A stretch of 64,000 bases of DNA from an uncultured Desulfosarcina sp. (GTDB lineage Bacteria > Desulfobacterota > Desulfobacteria > Desulfobacterales > Desulfosarcinaceae): the NCBI GenBank assembly GCA_963674945.2, contig CAXXWQ010000002.1, positions 630,308-694,307 of the forward strand. The letters are read 5' to 3'. Both the position numbers and the translations under genes were made by a program. The notes under the pieces were generated by a model that saw only the letters and a program-made list of their open reading frames with translations, was not told the DNA's origin and did not search any database. This document shows, in pieces, positions 1 to 9,394 of the stretch; within the stretch, counting starts at the first letter, position 1; the number at the start of each line of letters is the position of its first letter.

Positions 1-1052
1 GACAAGATGGCGCCTATCTTGCCGAGTTTCTGCTGGGAAAGGGCTACGAGGTGCATGGGCTCAAACGGCGAACCTCGCTGATTAATACCGATCGAATCGA
101 TCACCTTTATCAGGACCCCCACGAAGAAGACCGGAGTTTTATTTTACATTACGGGGATCTGACCGATTCCTCCAGCCTGATCCATGTGATCGAAAAGGTC
201 AAACCCGACGAAATTTACAACCTGGCTGCCCAGTCCCATGTGGCGGTTTCCTTTGAAGAGCCGGAATATACGGCCAATGCGGACGGCATCGGTGCATTAC
301 GGATCCTGGAAGCCATTCGGATCTTGGGCCTGACGAAAAAAACGAGGTTCTATCAGGCCTCCACTTCCGAGCTTTACGGACTCGTACAGGAAATTCCCCA
401 AACCGAGAAAACCCCCTTTTACCCCCGATCACCCTATGCGGTGGCCAAACTATACGCCTATTGGATAACGGTAAATTATCGGGAGGCCTATGACATCTAC
501 GCATGCAACGGCATCCTGTTCAATCATGAGTCGCCCATTCGCGGGGAGACCTTTGTTACCCGGAAAATCACCCGAGGACTGGCCCGGATCAAGGCCGGGC
601 TTCACGATTGTTTGTATATCGGAAATTTGAATGCGAAACGGGATTGGGGGCATGCAAAGGATTACGTGGAGATGCAGTGGCTTATGCTGCAGCAGGAAAA
701 GGCCGCGGATTTCGTGATCGCGACCGGTGAGCAGCACAGCGTGCGGGAATTCATCTCGGTTGCCGCCGACCAGTTGGATATGTCCATCACCTGGGAAGGT
801 GCCGGACCCGATGAGAAGGGATTTGATGAAAAGGGGCGGTGCATCGTTCGCGTCGATCCACGATATTTCCGCCCCACGGAGGTGGAGACGCTTCTGGGGG
901 ATGCGACGAAGGCGAAAGAGAAGTTGGGATGGACCCCCAAAATAACCTTCAAGGAGATGGTCGAAGAGATGGTGGCGGAGGATCTCAAAACCGCACAGCG
1001 GGACGAACTGGTCATGCGGCATGGGTTTCAGATCCACAATCATCATGAATAG
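1..1052 (+). CDS. gmd: GDP-mannose 4,6-dehydratase (5' end lies outside the window)
   Basis: Frame is open from base 3 ([19 protein letters not shown]). Motifs [50 protein letters not shown]. Confidence 0.97.
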   Translation, partial: QDGAYLAEFLLGKGYEVHGLKRRTSLINTDRIDHLYQDPHEEDRSFILHYGDLTDSSSLIHVIEKVKPDEIYNLAAQSHVAVSFEEPEYTANADGIGALRILEAIRILGLTKKTRFYQASTSELYGLVQEIPQTEKTPFYPRSPYAVAKLYAYWITVNYREAYDIYACNGILFNHESPIRGETFVTRKITRGLARIKAGLHDCLYIGNLNAKRDWGHAKDYVEMQWLMLQQEKAADFVIATGEQHSVREFISVAADQLDMSITWEGAGPDEKGFDEKGRCIVRVDPRYFRPTEVETLLGDATKAKEKLGWTPKITFKEMVEEMVAEDLKTAQRDELVMRHGFQIHNHHE

Positions 1053-1329
1053 GGTGGCAGAATCAGAAGGTCGAACAATTAAATACAAATTCCAATATCC
1101 AAATAACAAAACAGCAGAATTCAGGAGTCAGAAGTCAGAATCCAGAAGGTGGATTAGTTGTATTCAAACCGGGTGCTTTGCACCCGGAATCACCCCGAAC
1201 GATGAAAGCACTAACGTGCTTTTGGATATCCGGCCCATGGCCGAATATCCAAGTCACCCGCTTTGCGGGTGATCGTTGACGCTCCTTTGGCTCAATCATA
1301 AATAAAGAGCTGGAAATCCAGAATGTAGA

Positions 1330-1694
1330 ATGAAACGAGCACCGGCAAAAATTTTCAGGACTTGATTGTTTGGCAAAAAGCGCATCGATTCGTATTAGGT
1401 ATGTATTGCTATACTGAATCATTTCCTAAAAGTGAGATTTATGGTTTGACATCACAATTGAGAAGATCATCCGTATCCATTCCAGCTAATATTGCAGAAG
1501 GCTTTAAAAAAAAGACGGTGCCTGATAAGGCAAAGTTTATGAACATAGCGCAAGGTTCTCTTGAAGAGACACGGTACTATCTCATTTTGGCGGCGGATCT
1601 TGGTTATGGTGAAAATGTTGAATTGACGAAGCAACTTCGGGAGGTCAGTAAATTGTTGGAAGGTTACCTTTCTTCTATTTTGCATTCTGTATAG
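1330..1694 (+). pseudogene. Four helix bundle protein (TIGR02436 / 23S rRNA IVS-protein family), frameshifted near its 5' end
   Basis: Family motifs LIVWQKA..FPKSEIYGLTSQLRRSSVSIPANIAEG..IAQGSLEE. ATG at 1330 reads MKRAPAKIFRT* because the A-tract at 1347-1351 is A5, versus A6 in the paralogue at 9499-9504. Confidence 0.85.
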
Positions 1695-1737
1695 AGGCAA
1701 CGGTAATATTCAAATTGAAGGAGCGAAGCGACACCTT

Positions 1738-2022
1738 CTCCTGGCTCCTGGCTCCTGGCTCCTGGCTCCTGGCTCCTGGCTCCTGGCTCCTGGCTCCTGG
1801 CTCCTGGCTCCTGGCTCCTGGCTCCTGGCTCCTGGCTCCTGGCTCCTGGCTCCTGGCTCCTGGCTCCTGGCTCCTGGCTCCTGGCTCCTGGCTCCTGGCT
1901 CCTGGCTCCTGGCTCCTGGCTCCTGGCTCCTGGCTCCTGGCTCCTGGCTCCTGGCTCCTGGCTCCTGGCTCCTGGCTCCTGGCTCCTGGCTCCTGGCTCC
2001 TGGCTCCTGGCTCCTGGCTCCT
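1738..2022. repeat. Perfect tandem heptamer (CTCCTGG) x40 plus 5 nt
   Basis: Read directly: 285 bp with no interruptions. Confidence 0.98.
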
Positions 2023-2077
2023 CTCGTTTGTCTTTCTTGTAGTGGAAAACCATTACTCGACAAGGTAAGGTTCAACT

Positions 2078-3241
2078 ATGCAAAAAAACAGCAAGATCTA
2101 CGTCGCCGGCCACAGGGGGCTCGTGGGATCGGCACTCATGCGAACGCTTCAAGCGCAGGGATATGGTAATATCGTCACCCGCACCCATGCCGAACTGGAT
2201 TTATGCGATCAAGCCGCCGTTCGAGATTTTTTCCAACAGGAGCAACCGGAATATGTCTTCCTTGCCGCGGCCAAGGTCGGCGGCATCTGGGCGAACAACA
2301 CCTTTCCGGCGGAATTCCTCTATCAGAATATCAGCATCCAGAGCAATGTCATCCATTTTGCGAAACAAACCGGAGTTCGTCGTCTCCTGTTTCTCGGCTC
2401 CTCCTGCATTTACCCCCGCGATTGTCCCCAGCCGATGAAGGAGTCGTACCTGTTGACCGGACCGCTGGAATCAACCAATCGGCCCTATGCGGTGGCGAAG
2501 ATCGCCGGTATCGAGATGTGCTGGTCGTACAATCGGCAATATGGAACGAAATACCTGGCCGTGATGCCGACAAACCTTTACGGTCCCAACGATAGCTATG
2601 ATCTGACAAATTCCCATGTGCTGCCCGCATTGATACGAAAGATTCACCTGGCGAAGCTGGCGAAAAATGGGGATCTGGAGGGGATTCGACAAGACAGGGA
2701 CCGAAGAGGGGATATACCCGTAGACGTGTTGCAAACCATCGGCGTTTCCGAAGATCTCTCGGCTTCCATCTCCGATGATGTGAAACTCGTCGTGTGGGGC
2801 ACCGGATCTCCAAAGAGAGAGTTTTTGTACAGCGACGATATGGCCAGGGCGAGCCTGTTTCTGATGTCCCTTCCCGACAAGGAATTTGACAATCTGGTAA
2901 GGGCCGAAGCGCTTCCGCTGATCAACATCGGGTGTGGCTATGATCTGACGATCAGAAAACTGGCTGAAACGATCCAGGACGTGCTCGGTTTTTCCGGGGA
3001 AATCATCTGGGACAAGAACAAGCCGGATGGTACGCCCCAAAAGCTATTGGATGTCGGCAACCTCTTTTCCCTGGGATGGAAACCAACCGTAAATCTCGAA
3101 GCGGGCATCGCGGCGGCGTATGAGGATTACCTGAACGAAAGAATTCAGGAGCCGGAAGTCGGAATCCGGAAATCGCGGGTTTTATCGCCACAGACACACA
3201 CAGACGCACACAGACGAAATAGAGCCGATTCCAATTTTTAG
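2078..3241 (+). CDS. fcl: GDP-L-fucose synthase
   Basis: GHRGLVGSA, LAAAKVGGI, FLGSSCIYP, YAVAK, PTNLYGPND, WGTGSPKREF, KPDGTPQK. The last ~34 aa are encoded by repeat DNA. Confidence 0.96.
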   Translation: MQKNSKIYVAGHRGLVGSALMRTLQAQGYGNIVTRTHAELDLCDQAAVRDFFQQEQPEYVFLAAAKVGGIWANNTFPAEFLYQNISIQSNVIHFAKQTGVRRLLFLGSSCIYPRDCPQPMKESYLLTGPLESTNRPYAVAKIAGIEMCWSYNRQYGTKYLAVMPTNLYGPNDSYDLTNSHVLPALIRKIHLAKLAKNGDLEGIRQDRDRRGDIPVDVLQTIGVSEDLSASISDDVKLVVWGTGSPKREFLYSDDMARASLFLMSLPDKEFDNLVRAEALPLINIGCGYDLTIRKLAETIQDVLGFSGEIIWDKNKPDGTPQKLLDVGNLFSLGWKPTVNLEAGIAAAYEDYLNERIQEPEVGIRKSRVLSPQTHTDAHRRNRADSNF

Positions 3242-3297
3242 CTCATTACACATCACTCATTACTGATCACTGATTTTTCCTCCGCGTCTCAGCGTGC
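3185..3297 (+). repeat. 113-bp direct repeat, copy 1 (family B, GCCACAGACACACACAGACGCACACAGAC...)
   Basis: Identical by eye to 4068-4180. Confidence 0.93.
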
Positions 3298-3422
3298 TCG
3301 AGCAAAGCGGGCGAGAAAAAGATCAGCGAAGCGACAACTTCGCCATTCTGACTCCTGGCTTCTGCAGTTGCAGTTCTCTGTGGTGAATAACGAATTACCT
3401 GAAAAGGCAGGAACAATTAAAC

Positions 3423-3450
3423 TTGATAGTACTAAAAAATGTACTATAAT
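3423..3450 (+). promoter_or_regulatory. Sigma70-type promoter with overlapping palindromic operator for the TA pair
   Basis: TTGATA-16bp-TATAAT. Inverted repeat ATAGTAC...GTACTAT (3426-3447) overlaps the spacer, as expected for antitoxin autorepression. Confidence 0.7.
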
Positions 3451-3482
3451 ACGTACAAAATAAACATGCATGCGGGTGCAAT

Positions 3483-3764
3483 ATGCAAAGAATAAAAATT
3501 GATCAGGATATTAAGCCCTTGTCGGAAGTTAGGACCGGAATTGCAAACTTCATAAAACAAGTTCATGATACAAAACGCCCATTGGTCATTACACAGCATG
3601 GAAAAGGCGTGGCCGTGCTAATCGATGTTCATGAATATGAAGCGATCCAAAATCGGCTTGAGCTTTTGACAGATATCCAGTTAGGGCTGAACCAGATTGA
3701 AAACGGACAAGGAATCGATCAAGAAAATGCAAAGCAGATGGTTATCCAGCGAGCCTTACAATGA
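3483..3764 (+). CDS. Type II antitoxin, Phd/YefM family
   Basis: 93 aa with motif RPLVITQHGKGVAVLI; overlaps the downstream toxin (ATGA). Confidence 0.9.
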   Translation: MQRIKIDQDIKPLSEVRTGIANFIKQVHDTKRPLVITQHGKGVAVLIDVHEYEAIQNRLELLTDIQLGLNQIENGQGIDQENAKQMVIQRALQ

Positions 3765-4057
3765 AAATTGTATGGTCTCCTCTTGCGATAGAGCGGACTT
3801 CAGAAATCGCGGGTTTTATTGCCAGAGACAAACCATCCGCTGCAGAAGAATGGATCGATACCGTTTTTCTGAAGGTCGAACAGCTATTGGACTCACCTGA
3901 GATCGGTAGGATTGTGCCCGAAATAAACAACAAGCAGTTTCGAGAGATAATTTATGGTAACTATCGAATTATTTATCGTGTCGAAATAAAGCGGATTTCA
4001 ATTCTTACGATCCAACATGGGAACCAGATATTACCAATAAAGGAAATCTTGACATAA
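3761..4057 (+). CDS. Type II toxin, RelE/ParE family
   Basis: MKIVWSPLA..IARDKPSAA..PEIGRIVPE..REIIYGNYRIIYRV. Confidence 0.9.
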   Translation: MKIVWSPLAIERTSEIAGFIARDKPSAAEEWIDTVFLKVEQLLDSPEIGRIVPEINNKQFREIIYGNYRIIYRVEIKRISILTIQHGNQILPIKEILT

Positions 4058-4067
4058 CAACATCTTT

Positions 4068-4180
4068 TCGCCACAGACACACACAGACGCACACAGACGA
4101 AATAGAGCCGATTCCAATTTTTAGCTCATTACACATCACTCATTACTGATCACTGATTTTTCCTCCGCGTCTCAGCGTGC
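4068..4180 (+). repeat. 113-bp direct repeat, copy 2 (family B)
   Basis: Identical by eye to 3185-3297. Confidence 0.93.
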
Positions 4181-4242
4181 AAAATTATATCATAATTGTA
4201 ATTATGCATTGCATTGTTACAAATTCATTGTATGATAGCACC

Positions 4243-5424
4243 ATGAAAACCAAATTCGTACCACGATTGCTTCGGATCCCCAATTATTCTTTTTTTCTTT
4301 TTGGTCCACGCGGTGTAGGGAAAACAACGGTTTTACGTAAGGTTTTGCCTGATGCCATTTTTTTTGATTTGCTTGAATCTTCATTGTATCTTGAATTATC
4401 ACAAAATCCCGAAAACATAGAGGCCCTTATCGGAGATGCCGATAAGGGCGACTGGATCGTCATTGATGAAATTCAAAAAGTTCCTACCCTTTTGGATGAG
4501 GTTCACCGTTTAATTGAAAATAGAGACTGGAATTTTGCCCTATGCGGGTCATCAGCCAGAAAACTTCGGCAAGGTGGTGTGAATCTTTTGGCAGGTCGTG
4601 CCGTTACTCGAAACCTTGACGCATTTTCATTCAAGGAATTGGGCGACGACTTTGACTTAGATTTTTCTTTGGAATGGGGTCTCCTTCCAATAGTCCAGAC
4701 CCATCGAAGGAATCCTTCTGATTTTTTAAGCGCTTACGTAGATACCTATCTTAAGGAGGAAATCAAAGAAGAGGGGATTGTTCGCCGTTTACCGCCCTTT
4801 TTACGATTTTTAAATATTGCCGGACAACTTAATGGTCAAATAGTAAATGCACAAAATATTGCCAGAGAGGCAAGCATACCCAGGAGTACGGTTGATGTTT
4901 ATTTTTCCATTTTAGAAGATACGCTGCTGGGACACTTTCTGCCGGCCTATCGACCGGGTTTAAAAGTGCGAGAGCAGGCGCATCCAAAATTTTTTTGGTT
5001 CGATTCCGGGGTTTCTAGAGCGGCCTCAGGCCTTCTATTTGATCCGGTAGACCGCATTTGGAAAGGATCAAGCCTGGAGACACTGATTCTGCACGAACTG
5101 AAAGTATACAACCATACGCAAGAAAAACATCGGGACATTTATTATTACAGAACAGGCAGTGGTGTTGAAATTGATTTTATAATTGAAACGCAAAAACGTC
5201 AGCAAACAAACCACCCACATGTGGTATGCATGGAAGTCAAACTGGCGGAAAAATGGGATCGACGGTGGGAGAAACCGATGCGTTCATTCAATGAAAATAA
5301 AAAAATTCACGTAGAACGGATGATTGGTGTTTATACGGGGTCCAGAAGTTATCATTTTGATGGCATAGATGTCCTGCCGGTTGATGCTTTCCTGAAGCAA
5401 CTGCATTCAGGTAAAGTGTTTTAG
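4243..5424 (+). CDS. AAA+ ATPase (AAA_14) with C-terminal DUF4143
   Basis: Walker A GPRGVGKT, Walker B IVIDEIQK, CGSSARKL, LAGRA, PKFFWFDSG, EIDFII..EVK. The ATG at 4243 is preferred to the GTG inside the repeat. Confidence 0.88.
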   Translation: MKTKFVPRLLRIPNYSFFLFGPRGVGKTTVLRKVLPDAIFFDLLESSLYLELSQNPENIEALIGDADKGDWIVIDEIQKVPTLLDEVHRLIENRDWNFALCGSSARKLRQGGVNLLAGRAVTRNLDAFSFKELGDDFDLDFSLEWGLLPIVQTHRRNPSDFLSAYVDTYLKEEIKEEGIVRRLPPFLRFLNIAGQLNGQIVNAQNIAREASIPRSTVDVYFSILEDTLLGHFLPAYRPGLKVREQAHPKFFWFDSGVSRAASGLLFDPVDRIWKGSSLETLILHELKVYNHTQEKHRDIYYYRTGSGVEIDFIIETQKRQQTNHPHVVCMEVKLAEKWDRRWEKPMRSFNENKKIHVERMIGVYTGSRSYHFDGIDVLPVDAFLKQLHSGKVF

Positions 5425-5435
5425 TTTGGTTCCTT

Positions 5436-5473
5436 ATTCGACGTTCAATGTTGGGCGTTCGATGTTCGACGTT
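5436..5473. repeat. Family D heptamer arm (GTTCGAT/GTTCGAC-type), inverted relative to 9332-9369 and 40783-40820
   Basis: ATTCGACGTTCAATGTTGGGCGTTCGATGTTCGACGTT; its reverse complement nearly matches AACGTCGAACATCGAACGTCCAACATCGAAT. Confidence 0.8.
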
Positions 5474-5698
5474 CATTCTTTGTTGGCTCCCTGTTCCCTG
5501 CTCCGAGATTTTTCCTATTTAGTGGTTGAAATCACACCCCCATCCAAGATATAGTGCCTGCATTCTAATGTAATCTGAGTGTTTCCCATGTTGCATTCGT
5601 TTAAATGTGTTGCAAAAATAATGAGTTATTTAAATACTATCCGTCCAATTCCATATTCCCGGAAATCACTTTTCTTAAGGCATAGATCCTTGTTTGCA

Positions 5699-5799
5699 TT
5701 TTGACTATTGGGATTTGGAATTTATTTGTAATTTGGTGCTTGTGATTTGGAATTTTATTTATCGATTTGTTCCTAATTCGATGTTGAATGTTCGACGTT
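5699..5799. repeat. Family C arm (TTTGGAA/TTTGGTG-type) followed by a short family D arm
   Basis: GGGATTTGGAATTTATTTGTAATTTGGTGCTTGTGATTTGGAATTT resembles 9933-9985 and 42402-42458. Confidence 0.7.
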
Positions 5800-5858
5800 T
5801 ATTGGTAATTGGCGCCTGTTTTCTGACATCTTATAACTATTTTTTGAGATCTAAATTC

Positions 5859-8840
5859 ATGACTGAAAAACAACCCATCGATTGTCTGTTGATTACGGGA
5901 ATGCACCGAAGCGGTATGTCGGTGTTGTTGGAATGCCTCGATCTTCTCGGCGTGAGTATCGGGAAAAGCAAATCAGGCAAATATTCCGGCAATGGCGCAC
6001 AGACGACTGCCACGAATGAGATCACAACCACACACGACGTCCTGCTCAGAGATCTGGGGTGCAAGTGGGACATGGTCGGGGCCTTGCCCGGAGATTGGAT
6101 GGAGACCCGGGCGGCCAAGAACGCCAGGGAACGTGTCCGAAACATTATCAAGAACAATTTTTCCAAAAATGGACTCTGGGCCGTTGCCGATCCGCGATTG
6201 AGCCGGCTCATGCCCCTATGGCAGTCCGTGCTGCAAGAGATGAATTTGACCCCGGGATTCTTGTTGACCATACGCCACCCCTGGGAAGTCGCGCAATCAT
6301 TGAAGAAGAACTGCCGGATGGATATCGGGCATGGCCATCTGCTTTGGCTGGCGCTAAACAAGGAAGCCTTTGATCTGTGCCAATCAAGCCCGTACACGGT
6401 CACCACATATGACCAGCTGCTTGCAGATCCTTCGGCCATCTTAAACGATATCGCATCCCAGTTCGGTCTGTCCTTTCCGAATCCTCTGCAGAAACAGATC
6501 TATCAGATATTGGATGTTGTCAGGCCGGAACACAAGCATCACCATCTGAGCGGATTTGACCGATCCGGTGACGATTGGGCATCATTTTCTCCTTTTTCAT
6601 GGCTTTATGAACAGATTTCAAGCCATCGATCCGCCTTGAAGCTGCTTGTCCATGAAACCCCTGAGGATGTCGATGCAGATGCCATCACACGTGAAGCCAT
6701 GCCGGCCCGTTTGTACCCGACGCCTCTTCCGATTGTCAGCCAGAACGCCGCAGTTCAAAAAGAGTCCAATCAGCAGGGCAACCGTTTATTCTACCATTTC
6801 CTGCACCTGATCGGACAATATGAGCGTGAGCAACGGGACCTGGAGCTGAAAAAGATGCACCGGATCTTGCGCAGCACACGTGTTGAAGAGACCCTCTTTG
6901 CCAGACTCTGCATCCCATCCGAAGATGAGAACGCAAATGGTTTGAAGACAAGCGCCGAATCCCTTCTGCTAAAAAATGAATGGCAAAAGGTTCGTTTTTC
7001 CATTCCGAAACCAGAGCTGTTGCAAGCATCCAATCTCGAATTTGCTCCCATTAACACAAGGGGCGTCGTTTCCATATCAAAGATGACTCTGATCAATGTT
7101 GCCACGGATGCGGAATACTGGAACGCATCCACCGAGGAAGGCTTCCAGTCAATCAAATTGAAGGACGCCATTCGGCTGCCCGGAAATGGTGCCTTCCAGG
7201 TAATGACCACAGGTGATAACGCAATACTCTCTTTGCCGGAGTTGCCTGATCTGCCGGATTGTCCGATTGCCTTTCAGGCATGGATAAAGGTGGACACCAG
7301 CCAGAACATCGTCAACACCGCATGGCAAACCCTCCTGAATGAAAAGGATCAATTGGCAGCCAAGTTGGAAGGAGCCATGGCTGACCAACAGGCGATTGCA
7401 GCGAGGTTGAAAGAAAAAGAGCGTGAACTGGTGGCGGTATCGGAAAATAACGAAGCGAGCCGGTCTGCCTTGAAAAAGGAACGCGATACCCATAAAGCCA
7501 AATCTGATCAACTTTCCAATGAACTGGAGAAAGTTCGACATGACCTCGATGCGCGAAATGCGGAAAACATTAAAATTCAACAAACTCTGGAAGAGCAAAG
7601 AAAAAAGGTACAATCTTTACAAGACGCATTATCCGAAAAAAACGGGACCAACGAGGCTTTATCCAAAAAGGTTGTAGAAATGGAGGAAGCTAAAAAAGCC
7701 TACACGCAAGCCCTTCGGGAGCGGGAATCGGAGAACGATAGTTACTGGCAGGCGCAAAGACGCCATGTAAAAGAAGTCGCCCTTCTTGAGAAGAAGGTCG
7801 GAGAGTTGGAGCGTGCTCTCGGTGCAGCCAAGGAAAATGTGGGTACTCGATTCAAGGAGCTTTCCATCATTACCCATTTATTGAAGGAACGAGAAGATGA
7901 TGTAAACCAAAAAGAGGTCCAGTTGACTTCGCTGAAGAGGCAATTGGACCAGTCTTCCGACGAATTGGCGGCAAAAAACAGGCAACTCAACCAGTCTTCC
8001 GACGAATTGGCGGCAAAAGACAGGCAACTCGATTCATCCAGGGATCAGATCAAACATTTACAGCAGAATTTGGCCGGAATGTCCGCTTCGCTGAAAACCG
8101 CCAATGAGGAAAAGAAACTGCTGCACCGTAAACTTGTGCAACGGGACAAATCCATTCAAGCAAAAGATATCGTGATCGATCTGCAGCGCAAACAGATGGA
8201 AAAGATCAAGGACTCGGCAACGTGGAAGGTAATGGCACCAGTCCGCGGATTGTCACGTCCCTTTAAAAAGTCCTCTCGAAGAATGGAACCAATCGATGAG
8301 CAGATCGAGCAGATCCGGCAGTCGGACCTGTTCGATGCGAATTGGTATTTGGAGCAATATCCCGATGTGGCGGAGCATGGTTTGGATCCGGCGGAACACT
8401 ATTTTCACTTCGGTGTATCCGAAGGAAGAGATCCCGGACCGGATTTTGATACGATCTGGTACATGAAGACATATCCGGATGTATCGGAAACGGGATTTAA
8501 TCCTCTGGTGCATTACGTGAAATATGGAAAGGAAGAGGGGCGGCGTCCCAATGCGGGCAAACCCTTTGATGAACAAATAGGATTGGTAAAACAGTCTGAA
8601 TTGTTCGATGCTTCCTGGTATCTGGAGCGATACCCAGATGTGGCAAGTCATAAATTGGATCCGGTGGAACACTATTTTTATTTTGGCGCTTCCGAAGGCA
8701 GGAATCCCGGACCGAATTTTAACACAGCCTGGTATGTGAAAACCTATCCGGACGTATCGGAGGCGGGGATGAATCCGTTGGTGCACTACTTGACATTTGG
8801 GGAAAAGGAAGGGCGGAAGATTCAGCCGAACCAAAAATAA
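5859..8840 (+). CDS. Sulfotransferase-like N-terminal domain, long coiled coil and four C-terminal FD..WY...YPDV repeats; glycan-locus protein
   Basis: ITGMHRSG and DPRLSRLMPLW..IRHPWEVAQSL (P-loop sulfotransferase-like). Heptad-rich middle with a 42-bp tandem duplication at 7948-8030. The ORF-track start at 5694 lies at the family C repeat arm. Confidence 0.75.
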   Translation: MTEKQPIDCLLITGMHRSGMSVLLECLDLLGVSIGKSKSGKYSGNGAQTTATNEITTTHDVLLRDLGCKWDMVGALPGDWMETRAAKNARERVRNIIKNNFSKNGLWAVADPRLSRLMPLWQSVLQEMNLTPGFLLTIRHPWEVAQSLKKNCRMDIGHGHLLWLALNKEAFDLCQSSPYTVTTYDQLLADPSAILNDIASQFGLSFPNPLQKQIYQILDVVRPEHKHHHLSGFDRSGDDWASFSPFSWLYEQISSHRSALKLLVHETPEDVDADAITREAMPARLYPTPLPIVSQNAAVQKESNQQGNRLFYHFLHLIGQYEREQRDLELKKMHRILRSTRVEETLFARLCIPSEDENANGLKTSAESLLLKNEWQKVRFSIPKPELLQASNLEFAPINTRGVVSISKMTLINVATDAEYWNASTEEGFQSIKLKDAIRLPGNGAFQVMTTGDNAILSLPELPDLPDCPIAFQAWIKVDTSQNIVNTAWQTLLNEKDQLAAKLEGAMADQQAIAARLKEKERELVAVSENNEASRSALKKERDTHKAKSDQLSNELEKVRHDLDARNAENIKIQQTLEEQRKKVQSLQDALSEKNGTNEALSKKVVEMEEAKKAYTQALRERESENDSYWQAQRRHVKEVALLEKKVGELERALGAAKENVGTRFKELSIITHLLKEREDDVNQKEVQLTSLKRQLDQSSDELAAKNRQLNQSSDELAAKDRQLDSSRDQIKHLQQNLAGMSASLKTANEEKKLLHRKLVQRDKSIQAKDIVIDLQRKQMEKIKDSATWKVMAPVRGLSRPFKKSSRRMEPIDEQIEQIRQSDLFDANWYLEQYPDVAEHGLDPAEHYFHFGVSEGRDPGPDFDTIWYMKTYPDVSETGFNPLVHYVKYGKEEGRRPNAGKPFDEQIGLVKQSELFDASWYLERYPDVASHKLDPVEHYFYFGASEGRNPGPNFNTAWYVKTYPDVSEAGMNPLVHYLTFGEKEGRKIQPNQK

Positions 8841-8864
8841 ATGACACAGAGAGCATAGAGAAAG

Positions 8865-9323
8865 ATGACTTCCAAATACGAAAATGAAATAAAAAAAATC
8901 GAAGAATCCGGCCTGTTTGACCCCGTTTGGTATCAAGCCGAATACCCCGATACACAATTTCTCAACATGACCCCCATCGAACACTATTTATGGCTGGGTG
9001 CAACATTGGGGCGCAATCCCTCTCCGAAATTCGATGTCGCCTTTTATTTAAAATCCTATCCGGAGGCAGCCAATTCCGGCATTAATCCATTGCTCTATTT
9101 CATTGAAAAGGGAAGGGCAGCAGGACACGAAACGGTTTCACCTGATGAAAAAGAAGAGAAAGAGTCGACTTATAAATCAGTTGATCTCCTTATTGAGGAA
9201 GAAGAATTAAGGGAAGAAAATGAATTATTATTGCTCCAACTTCATCAGGTCCAGGAGGAACTGGAAACCTATTATCTGAAGTATCAGGAGCTGAAGAATC
9301 GTGTGGAAGAGAAGGAAGGGTGA
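8865..9323 (+). CDS. Hypothetical protein with FD..WY..YPD repeats and a C-terminal coiled coil
   Basis: GLFDPVWYQAEYPD..GRNPSPKFD..YP; ENELLLLQLHQVQEELETYY. Confidence 0.7.
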   Translation: MTSKYENEIKKIEESGLFDPVWYQAEYPDTQFLNMTPIEHYLWLGATLGRNPSPKFDVAFYLKSYPEAANSGINPLLYFIEKGRAAGHETVSPDEKEEKESTYKSVDLLIEEEELREENELLLLQLHQVQEELETYYLKYQELKNRVEEKEG

Positions 9324-9331
9324 AGAAAGAG

Positions 9332-9369
9332 AACGTCGAACATCGAACGTCCAACATCGAATATCGGAT
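9332..9369. repeat. Family D heptamer arm (AACATCG)
   Basis: AACGTCGAACATCGAACGTCCAACATCGAATATCGGAT. Confidence 0.8.
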
Positions 9370-9394
9370 GATGTGGGTGCAAGCATACTGGGAG

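Larger units (their letters stand above)
1115..2022. mobile_element. Heptamer-armed palindromic element (family A), filled copy 1, carrying a four-helix-bundle gene
   Basis: Left arm CAGAATTCAGGAGTCAGAAGTCAGAATCCAGAA (1115-1147), left core CCTTTGGCTCAATC (~1284-1297), gene, right core GAAGGAGCGAAGCGACA (1717-1733), right arm (CTCCTGG)40. Confidence 0.7.

Noticed and set aside
1664..2075. ORFs 1664-2053, 1710-2075 and 1715-2068 (ARSQEPG / WLLAPGS repeats)
   Set aside because: These are translations of a stop-free heptamer tract, with no evidence of coding function.
3185..4180. CRISPR array or integron attC array
   Set aside because: The repeats are 113 bp, are separated by whole genes, show no clear attC R-box structure, and no cas or intI gene is present.
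5694..5858. N-terminal extension of the 1048-aa ORF; similarly ORFs 1021-1272, 5288-5476, 9868-10131 and 44040-44267
   Set aside because: They read through repeat arms (families A, C and D) and give low-complexity peptides.
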